From positions 1 through 57,874 of the forward strand of contig JAYUSS010000044.1 in the NCBI GenBank assembly GCA_043755535.1: a DNA stretch of 57,874 nucleotides, given 5' to 3'. The notes under the pieces were generated by a model. It was not told the origin of the DNA and ran no database searches. It saw only the letters and a program-made list of their open reading frames with translations. Of the stretch, positions 1-9,428 are shown one piece after another (positions within the stretch are counted from its first letter, which is position 1; each line of letters begins with the position of its first letter). Source of the stretch: Candidatus Peregrinibacteria bacterium. Lineage in GTDB: Bacteria; Patescibacteriota; Gracilibacteria; Peribacterales; Peribacteraceae. The position numbers and the translations under genes are program-made.

Positions 1-122
1 CATCGAGCAATTTTTGTGCTCGTGGAGTACACGTCGTTTTCGCCCATAAGAAAGCCAATCATGCCGTTTCAGGCCTGTGACTTTTTAGGAATGTCAGGTT
101 AGAGTATAGCTGCATTGATGAT

Positions 123-767
123 ATGATGGGGAGAGAGGAATGTATGATGGATGACGATGAAGCGGACCGCATGGAATTGCAGGAAGCATATTGCAGAGCG
201 GTTTTTGTGGAATACGCGTTGTTAGTAGAGCGAGGTGTCCCCGTCCCGAACGATCTGATTCCGTCCGAGGTTATGCTCTTTTTAGGCTTACGAAGCGTGT
301 GCGGGCGGTGTCACGGTCTGGTGCACGGAGATGGTTTTAGTGTGGACGCCATTGTGAGTACCGTGCGGGCGATGGTAGAAGATGCGGAGCTGTTAGAGCG
401 GCTGCACTATCTCGACCACGATGGGTCGGAAGAGGCGGAACAGAAATATAGGGATCTTGCTGAGAGAATAAATCTTGATAGGGAAGAGGACCGTGGCTCG
501 TCGTGGTTCCTCATTAATACCGTCACGGAGATGATGATCGTCCTTCGGGCCGCTGACCGCATGACCGACACAACCGATCTTCGGTACTCTCATCCTTGGT
601 GTACTGTCCTGAAAGAAGCAAGATATGCATTACAAGGACTCGTCGCCCGTATCCAAGAGCACAATGAGACGTTGGACGTCCCTGAAGAAAGGGAGAGCAT
701 ATTGCTCTCCAGCCGCTTCCATGGCATTGAGGAGAAGATCCTGCGGTGGTGGGAAGGGCAGAAATGA
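123..767 (+). CDS. hypothetical protein (214 aa)
   Basis: Long ORF with no motif I recognise; acidic and helical-looking. Confidence 0.45.
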   Translation: MMGREECMMDDDEADRMELQEAYCRAVFVEYALLVERGVPVPNDLIPSEVMLFLGLRSVCGRCHGLVHGDGFSVDAIVSTVRAMVEDAELLERLHYLDHDGSEEAEQKYRDLAERINLDREEDRGSSWFLINTVTEMMIVLRAADRMTDTTDLRYSHPWCTVLKEARYALQGLVARIQEHNETLDVPEERESILLSSRFHGIEEKILRWWEGQK

Positions 768-887
768 GAAACATCAAGGCGTCTCTCGGGGCGTTCTTTT
801 TGTCATGCCTCCCCTTTTTGGTACCGCCCCACCAACCCCAATGCCTCCCCTTTCATGGATGCCGCATGCTTCGAAATTCCGCCAGCG

Positions 888-1433
888 TCACGCGGGTGCG
901 GCAGCAGCATAGCGGTGAGGAGTACGGGGATAGCCGATGGTCTCTTGAAGAGCGGCAATGCGCGCCCAGTAGACGGGGCGGTCGAAGTGGTACCACGGGT
1001 CGAAGTAGAGCATGTCCGCAATCGCGCGCTCGAGAGTCGCTTGCAGAATGCCGTTTTTCCGGATGATCCCCTCCTGATTATGGAGGAACCGCGGATGTAA
1101 CCGGCGACTGATGACACGATGCTCACGTACCTCATACCGTCGTGATACGTCTGAGACGAAGGTGAAGGCGTCCATGGATTGCAGAATGTATCCCTCACTG
1201 CGCAGCACGGACTCCGTTGTCAGGTAACAGAAGCGGTGGAGCGATGCGGCACAGAGAAGCGAGGGATCGATTCTGTCAGATGGCAGAAGGCTATAGAGCC
1301 CGCGATGGATGCGATGGAGCACGCCCGCCTGCGTAAGCCGATACAGCGTCACGCGGAGTGTGTTTGCATTGTCGATGCCAAGGAGCATCGCGAGGTCATC
1401 CGTGTGAAAGAGCGGATGCGATGCGTTTGCCAA
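888..1433 (-). CDS. AbiEi-like antitoxin / transcriptional regulator domain protein
   Basis: N-terminal LLGIDNANTLRVTLYRLTQAGVLHRIHRGLY wHTH and overall layout resemble the type IV TA AbiEi family. No AbiEii nucleotidyltransferase partner is adjacent. Confidence 0.55.
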   Translation of the reverse strand: MANASHPLFHTDDLAMLLGIDNANTLRVTLYRLTQAGVLHRIHRGLYSLLPSDRIDPSLLCAASLHRFCYLTTESVLRSEGYILQSMDAFTFVSDVSRRYEVREHRVISRRLHPRFLHNQEGIIRKNGILQATLERAIADMLYFDPWYHFDRPVYWARIAALQETIGYPRTPHRYAAAAPA

Positions 1434-1556
1434 GCGGGCGATCCGTTTTGCCGATATGTTGAGAGAAGATGTACTTATATGTACATTATAGATGAACTAA
1501 ATTGATAGATCAAGAAGTGGACACCAGCCAAAAAACTCGCCTCATCACTATTTTTC

Positions 1557-1565
1557 TGCTATAAT
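1557..1565 (+). promoter_or_regulatory. extended -10 promoter (TGcTATAAT), near-leaderless for the 1574 ORF
   Basis: TGCTATAAT ends 8 nt before the ATG at 1574, and there is no SD sequence. Confidence 0.4.
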
Positions 1566-1573
1566 AATCCGAA

Positions 1574-1819
1574 ATGTTCACACCCACACCATTCCACGAA
1601 ATCGAGCTGGTTCGCCGCTTGGCAGGGGCTGTCACGGGGTCTTTATTGGCGCTCACCGTCTATAGCGCATACCACGATATCGGGAATGCAGTGAAGGCAA
1701 TGGCGCAGAGCGACTCTGCTTCTGTAGTAGAAATGAGTAGCGATACGTACGACGTAAAAGTGGCGCGCATTAAAGCGTTTTCAGACACACTCAAGCAGAG
1801 CAATTCCGCTATGGAGTAA
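1574..1819 (+). CDS. small hypothetical protein with one predicted TM helix
   Basis: 81-aa ORF with hydrophobic stretch AGAVTGSLLALTVYSAY, immediately upstream of pilD. Confidence 0.45.
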   Translation: MFTPTPFHEIELVRRLAGAVTGSLLALTVYSAYHDIGNAVKAMAQSDSASVVEMSSDTYDVKVARIKAFSDTLKQSNSAME

Positions 1820-1840
1820 GAACGGATAGACTCCGTACAC

Positions 1841-2596
1841 ATGACGCCGATCCTCCCGCCATTTATTCTCATCGTATTTTTTGCCGTTGTCGGGTCTTGT
1901 TTCGGCAGCTTTGGAAATGTTCTGGTCGAGCGTTTGCCCGCAGGGGCGTCGCTCGGCGGCCGGTCTTATTGTGTCGGCTGCAGAAAAACGTTGCGTATGT
2001 GGGAACTGGTACCCGTGCTCAGTTGGTGCTTTCTTGGTGGTCGGTGTGCACGCTGTAACGCAGCGATCCCCCTTCGGTACACATTGGTCGAGTTTGTTAC
2101 CGCACTCATCTTTATAAGCTCGTTGCTGCTTTCGCGATTTGATGTGTCCAGCGCACTGCTGCTTGGTATCGCATTCTGGGCGATGCTCCTTATTGTACTC
2201 ATCGATAGCGACACACAGACCATCCCCGATGTGCTTACGCTTACGCTCGCGGCTTCTGCGCTGATGCTCCAGTGGATGCAGGTCGGGACAGTGTCGTTCC
2301 TCCCTGCTCTTATCGGGTTTTTGTTTCTAGGGTTCCAGTGGCTTATCAGTAAAGGGCGCTGGGTCGGCAGCGGCGATGTGCTCTTGGTAGCCGCTCTCGG
2401 GCTCCTCTTTTTAAGCTGGCAGATGATGGCTATGATGCTCTGGTTTACCTACGTCGTAGGAATGCTCTGGATTGTAGTCCTCTACCTACGGGGAACGTTG
2501 AACCTTGGCGCACGCATTGCCTTCGGGCCGTTTTTGATTCTTGGGGCGGTGCTGACACTGCTGTTTGGGGACAGGATTATGACGATGTTGTTTTAG
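1841..2596 (+). CDS. pilD: prepilin peptidase (A24 family)
   Basis: Cys-box CVGCRKTL...GGRCARCNAAIPLRY, polytopic membrane protein, GSGDV-type Asp motif region. Confidence 0.9.
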   Translation: MTPILPPFILIVFFAVVGSCFGSFGNVLVERLPAGASLGGRSYCVGCRKTLRMWELVPVLSWCFLGGRCARCNAAIPLRYTLVEFVTALIFISSLLLSRFDVSSALLLGIAFWAMLLIVLIDSDTQTIPDVLTLTLAASALMLQWMQVGTVSFLPALIGFLFLGFQWLISKGRWVGSGDVLLVAALGLLFLSWQMMAMMLWFTYVVGMLWIVVLYLRGTLNLGARIAFGPFLILGAVLTLLFGDRIMTMLF

Positions 2597-2930
2597 GAGT
2601 ATCAGGCATATAAAAAGGGCCGTCCCGATAGAATCGATACGACCCTTTGAATGTGTCAGATGCGTAGTACCGGATCACCGGCTCCCGCCGCCGACGGGCC
2701 TCTGTACTCCAACAAGAGAAGAACAGGAGTCCGTCGGCGAGAGAATGAGCACTGACAAGGCCAATAGTACAGTATTTTTTATATCTGTCAATATCCTGGT
2801 CCAGTTTTGACAGACTTCATCTTCTCTTTCCTTAAATAATACATTGGCTATTCTGATCAAAAATATGCATCAAAACAGGACTACGACGAGTTACAGCATA
2901 GAAGGTCAGTTCTATCGTATACTGCGGTTC

Positions 2931-3371
2931 ATGAAAACGGTCGCACAGAACCGCCGGGCACGTTTTGACTACCGCATCACCGATACGGTGCTCTCTGGCA
3001 TCATGCTTACGGGGCAAGAGGTGAAATCCTGCCGTATGAGTCATGTGGATTTAGCCGGTTCGTACGTTTCGTTCCTCCGCGGCAAGGCGATCATCAAGCA
3101 TCTAAAAATTCAGCCCTACAAATTCGCATCGGGGCTGGATGGATACGACCCCGGGCAGGATCGTCAGTTACTGCTGAATGCCAAAGAGATCGAAAAACTC
3201 CAAGGGGCTGCAGAGCAAAAAGGAGTGACGATTGTTCCGCTCGAAGTTCAAGCCGGTCGTCACATCAAAGTATTACTCGGTCTTGCAGAAGGACGAAAAA
3301 CCATCGACAAGCGACAGGTGATAAAAGAGCGAGACATCAAAAAGAAGATGAAAAAGGGGGAAGAGATTTGA
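2931..3371 (+). CDS. smpB: SsrA-binding protein SmpB
   Basis: ARFDYRITDTVLSGIMLTGQEVKS...QPYKF...DPGQDRQLLLNAKEI...GVTIVPLEV is typical SmpB. Start set at the internal ATG 2931 (MKTVAQNRRA). Confidence 0.9.
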   Translation: MKTVAQNRRARFDYRITDTVLSGIMLTGQEVKSCRMSHVDLAGSYVSFLRGKAIIKHLKIQPYKFASGLDGYDPGQDRQLLLNAKEIEKLQGAAEQKGVTIVPLEVQAGRHIKVLLGLAEGRKTIDKRQVIKERDIKKKMKKGEEI

Positions 3372-3482
3372 GGACTTAGAGGATGTAGAAGACTTAGAAG
3401 AAGTAGAGGAGTCGATAGACACCTTTTTGGTGCTGCTCGTTCTTCTATTTCCTCTTGTTCCTCTATATCCTCTATATCCTCC
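3372..3482. repeat. word-repeat hairpin (TAGAGGA/TAGAAGA words)
   Basis: Left arm GGACTTAGAGGATGTAGAAGACTTAGAAGAAGTAGAGGA; right arm is an imperfect complement, TTCTATTTCCTCTTGTTCCTCTATATCCTCTATATCCTCC. It fills the smpB-recR gap, and its right arm ends 2 nt before the recR ATG. Confidence 0.8.
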
Positions 3483-3484
3483 GT

Positions 3485-4111
3485 ATGCCTCTCCTCCCCC
3501 CGCACATCACCAAAGCCATCGAGGAGTTCAGCAAGCTCCCCGGTATCGGGCCTAAATCTGCCGAACGGCTGGTGTTTCATTTACTGCGCAGCGGACGGGC
3601 TAGTCCAGAAGGCCTTGGCCAAGCATTGCTCGACCTTAAAACAGAGCTTCGCTATTGCCGTGAATGCCAGATGGTGACGACAACGGAGCGCTGCGATATC
3701 TGCATGAACCCCTCGCGTGATGCATCGATGGTGCTTGTGGTCGAAGAGCCGCTGGAAGTAATAGCGTTTGAAAAGACATCCTATAAAGGTCGTTATCATG
3801 TGCTCCACGGGGTCCTTTCCCCTATCGACGGTATGGGTCCCGAACAGCTCAAAATCCGAGAATTGATTGAACGCTGCAATGCCGGTGGTCCGTCTGAGCA
3901 CGGCTCAGCCGCGACAAGGATTCGTGAAATTATTGTGGCGACGGACCCCGACGTCGAAGGTGAAGCGACAGCCACCTATCTGCGTGAACAGCTTAAGTCC
4001 GTTGTTCCGGTTATTACACGCCTAGCACATGGCCTTCCTATGGGTGCGGATATCGAATTCGCGGATCAGGTTACTTTAAGGGAGGCGTTGGCGGGGAGGA
4101 GGAGTCTGTAA
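3485..4111 (+). CDS. recR: recombination protein RecR
   Basis: LPGIGPKSAERL HhH, Cys4 zinc finger CRECQ...CDIC, Toprim ATDPDVEGEATA. Confidence 0.92.
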   Translation: MPLLPPHITKAIEEFSKLPGIGPKSAERLVFHLLRSGRASPEGLGQALLDLKTELRYCRECQMVTTTERCDICMNPSRDASMVLVVEEPLEVIAFEKTSYKGRYHVLHGVLSPIDGMGPEQLKIRELIERCNAGGPSEHGSAATRIREIIVATDPDVEGEATATYLREQLKSVVPVITRLAHGLPMGADIEFADQVTLREALAGRRSL

Positions 4112-4134
4112 ATTTGGAAAAGTGCCAAAGATAG

Positions 4135-4163
4135 TTGACATTCTGTTAAATAATGATGATACT
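4135..4163 (+). promoter_or_regulatory. sigma70-like promoter TTGACA-N17-GATACT
   Basis: Seen directly; followed by AAGGAG SD at 4216-4221 and a GTG start at 4227. Confidence 0.5.
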
Positions 4164-4226
4164 GTATATCCTACTTAATCCGATAGTAGGTAGTTCACAT
4201 CCACCACTCAGTTTCAAGGAGACATT

Positions 4227-4763
4227 GTGCAGCACAAAATTATTATTGAAGAATTGTGGGGGGAGAATCGATCTTTTCATCTCACGATCCAGATCTGCTC
4301 CATGGAGGGGATTTCCTTTCGGAAATTTTCGAATTGGAACGATCTGCAGAACCCGTTTATGCCGCCTACGGAAGAGACCCCCCAGCAGCCAGTGCCGACT
4401 CAGCAGGAAGCAGCAGGCGAGCTTGGTTACAAGCTTGCTCAGGATGTTCTTGCGATTGAAGGGGTATTGGCAGTGACGCTCGGTCCCTATCAGTTGACGG
4501 TCGAAAAGGGAGTTGGCTTTGAATGGGAGGACCTGAGTCCGGCCATTCGGGAGATCCTGCTTCCCATCTTTCCGCAGAAGGAGGTCGCTGACAAGGTTCA
4601 AGTAAGTGTGCGGCCCTTGGAATCCTGGGAGGACACACCGCAAGGGAAAGCGCAATTGGAGGGAATTCGCCTTCAAGAGCAGCATAACGGCTTCATGAAG
4701 CGTATTGTGGAAGAACAGGAGGGCGGACCTCCTTCAGATGAAGATGAGTCAGGCGATCGCTGA
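4227..4763 (+). CDS. hypothetical protein (178 aa), acidic C-terminus
   Basis: GTG start 5 nt after AAGGAG; followed by an intrinsic terminator. Middle segment LAIEGVLAVTLGPYQLTVEKG faintly resembles an Nfu_N-like fold (weak). Confidence 0.6.
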   Translation: MQHKIIIEELWGENRSFHLTIQICSMEGISFRKFSNWNDLQNPFMPPTEETPQQPVPTQQEAAGELGYKLAQDVLAIEGVLAVTLGPYQLTVEKGVGFEWEDLSPAIREILLPIFPQKEVADKVQVSVRPLESWEDTPQGKAQLEGIRLQEQHNGFMKRIVEEQEGGPPSDEDESGDR

Positions 4764-4777
4764 TTCATCACACATAG

Positions 4778-4816
4778 TCATTCGGACGTATCGGGTTCGT
4801 CCGAGTGATTTTTTTG
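4778..4816 (+). terminator. intrinsic terminator
   Basis: TCATTCGGACG-loop-CGTCCGAGTGA followed by TTTTTTT. Confidence 0.75.
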
Positions 4817-5003
4817 TCCTTCAGCTCACTCAAAAATCGCATTCACACAAAAGAAAAGGGCTCCTTAGGCACTAACACCGTTCGGATCCCCCTTCGTCTT
4901 GTTACAGAGGCATTCTATATCACGTCAGAGCAGCTTTATAGTCCGATCTTGCTCAAAACGCCCATTTTTGCTATACTGATGAGAAATCTCACATAAAACC
5001 CAC

Positions 5004-5468
5004 ATGCCAACTAAAAAAACAGCCCCCACCGCAAAACCGGCTTCCAAGGGTAAAAAGCCCACCTCCGCCCAGCCTTCGCTCAAGCTTCGGCCGGCAAGCA
5101 AGGTTACGGCGGGCAAGCGTATTTTGATCGTGGAGGACGAACGCCCATTGGCGCATGCGCTGGAGCTGAAAATGACACACGAAGGCTATGAGACTGTTGT
5201 GTGCAGTACCGGTGAAGCGGGTCTTAAGGAAGCGACGACCGGAAAGTATGATCTCATTCTGCTCGACCTTATTCTGCCTGGTGTTGATGGCTTCACGATT
5301 CTGCAGGAGCTGAAAAATAAGAAAATTAAAACGGTCATCATCATCCTCAGTAACTTGGGACAAGACGAAGACCGCAAAAAAGCCGCGGAGCTTGGTGCGA
5401 AAGATTACCTGATTAAATCTAACGTCCCGCTTTCCGACATCGTGAAAGTGGTGAAGTCCTCAATCTAA
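5004..5468 (+). CDS. stand-alone response regulator receiver protein with Lys/Pro-rich N-terminal tail
   Basis: RILIVEDE...DLILLDLILPGVDG...IIILSNLG...AKDYLIKS is a canonical CheY-like receiver, preceded by PTKKTAPTAKPASKGKKP. Confidence 0.85.
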   Translation: MPTKKTAPTAKPASKGKKPTSAQPSLKLRPASKVTAGKRILIVEDERPLAHALELKMTHEGYETVVCSTGEAGLKEATTGKYDLILLDLILPGVDGFTILQELKNKKIKTVIIILSNLGQDEDRKKAAELGAKDYLIKSNVPLSDIVKVVKSSI

Positions 5469-5484
5469 TTCCATCTCTTGCCCC

Positions 5485-7287
5485 ATGGCTTTAACCGACT
5501 CCGAGCTCAAAAAACTGTTGCTGGACCTTAGCTACGTGTCCGAGGAGGACATTAAAAAAGCTGAAGCCCAAGCCAAAGCACACGGGTCTTCACTCAAGGA
5601 GACGCTCAAAGAAATGGATTTGATCAGCCAGGATTTGTACGAGAGTGCGATCGCGGAGTTCTATCACTTGGCGTATTACGATCTTGGGAGCAATCCCCCA
5701 TCTGTGGAGACAGTGATGAAGCTGCCGGAGGATATCGCCCGCAGTTACAGCGCGCTCTTGGTGAAAGACGACAAGGGTACGATTACCGTTGCGACTGCCG
5801 ACCCGACAAACAAATTGCTGGAAGAAGCGGTACGCAAAAACTATGGACAGGACGTCGCGCTCTTTCCCGACAAAGAGGATGTCGAAAAAAAGCAGACGTC
5901 ACGTAAGGCCGCGGCGTACTTCAGTTTCCGTAAAGAAAAAAAGGTGGAGCGCGGTGATTACAAAGGAAAAATCACCTTTGTGTATGCGTCGCGCAAAGCA
6001 ATCGAAGCGTTCTTCGTCCATTACCGGAAGCCGCTTGCGACACGCTTCCAGCAGATTATCGATGCGAATAAAAAGGTCGCCCCGGAAATCCTGGAAGAAA
6101 TTTTCAACGATGCGATCGGCCTTCGGGCTTCGGACATCCACTTTGAACCGCAGGAGAAAATCGTCGTTGTACGCTTCCGTGTCGACGGTGTGCTCCACGA
6201 AGCAGGTCGTATTCCCCGTGAGTATTACGAGGGGGTGGTGAACCGCATGAAAATTGCGGCGAACATGCACATCGACGAGCACTTTGCCGCACAGGACGGA
6301 GCGATTCGCTACGACACCGGAAACGGCAACATGGATATCCGCGTCTCGATCGTTCCTATCGTCGATGGCGAAAAAATCGTACTGCGCCTTCTTTCCGAAT
6401 ACGTTCGCACCCTCACGCTTGCCGACCTCGGCTTCTCCGAAAAAAACCGAGTGGTGCTCGAAAAAATCTGTTACAAACCGTTCGGGATGATCCTCACGAC
6501 GGGGCCGACCGGTTCGGGAAAATCAACGACTCTTTATGCGCTCCTAAAATTGCGCAATCACCCGGATGTCAACATCTCCACCATCGAAGACCCGGTAGAA
6601 TACAAGGTTCCCGGCATCAACCATATTCAGGTGAATGCCGAAACCAACCTGACATTCGCCAACGGTCTACGCGCGCTCATGCGTCAAGACCCGAACGTCA
6701 TTCTCGTGGGAGAAATCCGCGACGGTGAAACGGCAAGCATCGCGGTAAACGCAGCTCTTACCGGTCACTTGCTGTTCAGTACTCTCCACGCCAACGACGC
6801 CGTGACATCTGTCCCGCGCATGCTCGAAATGGGAGTCGAACCTTTCCTTCTGGCATCGACTCTCGAAGTCGTGATCGCGCAGCGCCTTGTTCGTCGCATC
6901 TGCCCGCACTGTCGCTATAGCTACTCTGTCTCTGCAGCCGAAGCAGCCAAGCTCTTCCTCCATGCCGAGAAGTTCTTTGGCAAGGGAAGCCAGCTTCTCT
7001 ACAAAGGAAAAGGATGTGAGTCGTGCGGTGGGATCGGGTTCTCCGGTCGTATCGCCATTCATGAGCTTCTGATTATGACACCGGAAGTCGAAGACCTTGT
7101 CGTGAAGTGTGCATCAAGTGCCGAAATCCAGGTGGTCGCCCGTAAGCAGGGAATGGAATCACTCTTCGAAGACGGCTTTGAAAAAATGAAAAACGGTGTG
7201 ACGACGATCGAAGAATTGCTCCGTGTCGCATCTCCTCCGGATGCCCCATCCGTTAAACCCCATGCCAACAAAAAAAACAAAAAGTAA
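5485..7287 (+). CDS. pilB: type IV pilus assembly ATPase (GspE/PilB family)
   Basis: Walker A GPTGSGKSTTLYA, Asp box, Walker B ILVGEIRD, His box, tetracysteine CPHC...CESC. Confidence 0.95.
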   Translation: MALTDSELKKLLLDLSYVSEEDIKKAEAQAKAHGSSLKETLKEMDLISQDLYESAIAEFYHLAYYDLGSNPPSVETVMKLPEDIARSYSALLVKDDKGTITVATADPTNKLLEEAVRKNYGQDVALFPDKEDVEKKQTSRKAAAYFSFRKEKKVERGDYKGKITFVYASRKAIEAFFVHYRKPLATRFQQIIDANKKVAPEILEEIFNDAIGLRASDIHFEPQEKIVVVRFRVDGVLHEAGRIPREYYEGVVNRMKIAANMHIDEHFAAQDGAIRYDTGNGNMDIRVSIVPIVDGEKIVLRLLSEYVRTLTLADLGFSEKNRVVLEKICYKPFGMILTTGPTGSGKSTTLYALLKLRNHPDVNISTIEDPVEYKVPGINHIQVNAETNLTFANGLRALMRQDPNVILVGEIRDGETASIAVNAALTGHLLFSTLHANDAVTSVPRMLEMGVEPFLLASTLEVVIAQRLVRRICPHCRYSYSVSAAEAAKLFLHAEKFFGKGSQLLYKGKGCESCGGIGFSGRIAIHELLIMTPEVEDLVVKCASSAEIQVVARKQGMESLFEDGFEKMKNGVTTIEELLRVASPPDAPSVKPHANKKNKK

Positions 7288-7309
7288 GGCAGGTGTATCC
7301 GGCGAGATT

Positions 7310-9274
7310 ATGACGGTGCTGCGTAAGGTGGCGCCGTTCCTGTTCAAGAGCCGCAAGCCTCCGGCCTCCAGCCTCCAGCCACGTAACCAATTAGCTGCTC
7401 ATAAGAAGATGGCTATAAAGAAAACCACAAAAAAATCTCTGCCACTCAAGAAAACATCCAAAAAGCCGTCTGCAAAAAAGTTAGCAGTCGCCGCTCCTGT
7501 CGCTCAAAAGAAGGCGGTGGCTTTCGCAGTCCCGGAGGTACCTGTTGTTGCTCCTAAAACGCTCAAAGGCAGATTCATTCTTGCGCCAGAAGAACAAAAA
7601 ACGGATGCGAGAGCGGTTCAGTCCGCTCTCCTTGCCGATGCCAAAGATGATTCGTTTCTGAATAAAGTTCAGCTCAAACAGTCGGCTGCGCCGGGCGCGA
7701 CAAAAGCACCTCGATTTGGATTTGCCCTTTCCTTACTCAGGGATCGCCTTTCCTTCAGTCACTCTCCTAAAAAAGAGGCACAGCAGCCCGAAATTTCCTC
7801 AAAAGACATTGCCGAAGACTCCTTTCTGCAGCACGTCGAAAAGAAAAACACCAAATCCGTTGTCGGTACGGCAGGAGATGAAGAGGAGTCATCGAACGGG
7901 GTTCTCGATGGATTTGCGAGTGGCTCCAGAGATGATTCAACGCCGACAAAATCGACTGATGCTCCCAGGGGCCGTATTCTTTCTGTCGCGGACCTGCGTC
8001 AAGAAACAAAGGAAGCAAAAGAAGCGGCGGTCCGTCTCGAAAAAGAAGTGCAGGAGATCAAGGAGGAAATGAAAAAGCAGCAGCCGGCGAGTTTCTCAAA
8101 AATTACTGCTGCTCCTGTGAAAGAGCAGGAGAAGCCAAAAGAAGAAGTGCCTGCAGAACCGCTCAGAGTGAAAAAGCAGAACGTCTCAAAAAGCGGATTC
8201 CAAAAATTTGTCGCAGGCATCGGGTACATCGGTCTCGGCAAGGAGCGTATGGCGTTCATTCAGAACTTGGCGACCATGCTCAACGCGGGGCTCCCGCTCA
8301 TCGATGCCATTCGCACACTTCAGCTAGAAACGAGGCCGAAACCGATGAAGAAGCTCTTGCAACGCATTCTCGATGCTGTCGATAACGGAAGTCCGCTTTG
8401 GCGTGCGATGGAAGCGCAGAGTTTCTTTACGCCGCACGCGCTCGCGCTTGTACGCATCGGTGAAGAAGCGGGAAGCTTGTCCGAAAACATGGAATACCTG
8501 GCCGCGCAGGAAGAGAAAGACCATGATCTCAAATCCAAAGTGAAAATGGCGATGATCTACCCGTCTATCGTCATGACCATCATGGTTGTGGTTGTGGTGA
8601 TTCTCGGAATGTTCGTGCTCCCGAACCTCATCGGTGTGCTTACGTCGCTCAATGTAGAGTTGCCGCTCGTGACACGTATCGTGATCGCGGTCAGTCATGC
8701 CTTTACCGATTACGGTGCAGTAGGAGTCCCAGGCCTTATCATTGGTGTCTTTGTGATGATGATTCTCAATAAATACACTAAATTACGTGCAGTGTTCCAG
8801 TGGTTTACCTTCCATATTCCCGGTGTTGGCTCCTTGGCGCGCCAGGCCACCATCGCACGTTTCGGTGTAATTCTCGGAGGTCTCATGAAAGCGGGTGTGC
8901 CTGTGACTGAGGCGATGCAATCGCTCGTGGAAGTTACGACAATCGTTGCCTATCGCACGTTGTACATGCGCATGCTGGATCACATCACCATCGGTGATTC
9001 GTTCAGCAAGAGCTTTCAGGCCATCAAGGGCAGCGAAAAACTGATCCCTCCTTCTGTGCAGCAACTGGTGAGTACCGGGGAAAAGTCCGGTGCTCTGGCC
9101 GATATTCTGATCAAGATCTCCGAGATCTATGACAAAAAAGCGTCGGAGACGGCGCAGAAGCTGCCGATTATCCTTGAACCGATGCTGCTACTCTTTATGG
9201 GAGGACTTGTCGGTAGCATCGCGTTTGCGATTCTCGTTCCGATCTATTCGATCGTGGGGAATGTGGGACGGTAA
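7310..9274 (+). CDS. pilC: type IV pilus platform protein (GspF/PilC family) with about 330-aa Lys/Ala/Glu-rich N-terminal extension
   Basis: C-terminal 350 aa has two T2SSF repeats (LATMLNAGLPLIDAI..., GGLMKAGVPVTEAM...) and TM segments. Start is uncertain; the ORF is open from GTG 7223, with ATGs at 7262 and 7310. Confidence 0.88.
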   Translation: MTVLRKVAPFLFKSRKPPASSLQPRNQLAAHKKMAIKKTTKKSLPLKKTSKKPSAKKLAVAAPVAQKKAVAFAVPEVPVVAPKTLKGRFILAPEEQKTDARAVQSALLADAKDDSFLNKVQLKQSAAPGATKAPRFGFALSLLRDRLSFSHSPKKEAQQPEISSKDIAEDSFLQHVEKKNTKSVVGTAGDEEESSNGVLDGFASGSRDDSTPTKSTDAPRGRILSVADLRQETKEAKEAAVRLEKEVQEIKEEMKKQQPASFSKITAAPVKEQEKPKEEVPAEPLRVKKQNVSKSGFQKFVAGIGYIGLGKERMAFIQNLATMLNAGLPLIDAIRTLQLETRPKPMKKLLQRILDAVDNGSPLWRAMEAQSFFTPHALALVRIGEEAGSLSENMEYLAAQEEKDHDLKSKVKMAMIYPSIVMTIMVVVVVILGMFVLPNLIGVLTSLNVELPLVTRIVIAVSHAFTDYGAVGVPGLIIGVFVMMILNKYTKLRAVFQWFTFHIPGVGSLARQATIARFGVILGGLMKAGVPVTEAMQSLVEVTTIVAYRTLYMRMLDHITIGDSFSKSFQAIKGSEKLIPPSVQQLVSTGEKSGALADILIKISEIYDKKASETAQKLPIILEPMLLLFMGGLVGSIAFAILVPIYSIVGNVGR

Positions 9275-9275
9275 C

Positions 9276-9344
9276 AAGATCCAAGATACAAGCACCAAGA
9301 TCCAAACGGTTTGGAATACTTGGAATTTGGACCTTGGATCTTTT
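9276..9344. repeat. word-repeat hairpin (GATCCAAG words), likely terminator of pilC
   Basis: AAGATCCAAGATACAAGCACCAAGATCCAAAC / GTTTGGAATACTTGGAATTTGGACCTTGGATCTTTT. Confidence 0.8.
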
Positions 9345-9428
9345 CGAATCTGAGGTCAAGGCAAAGTAACACTCATTCATCGTGATAGGCAGTTAGAATA
9401 GAGCCCTCACCCCTGACCCCTCTCCCGT

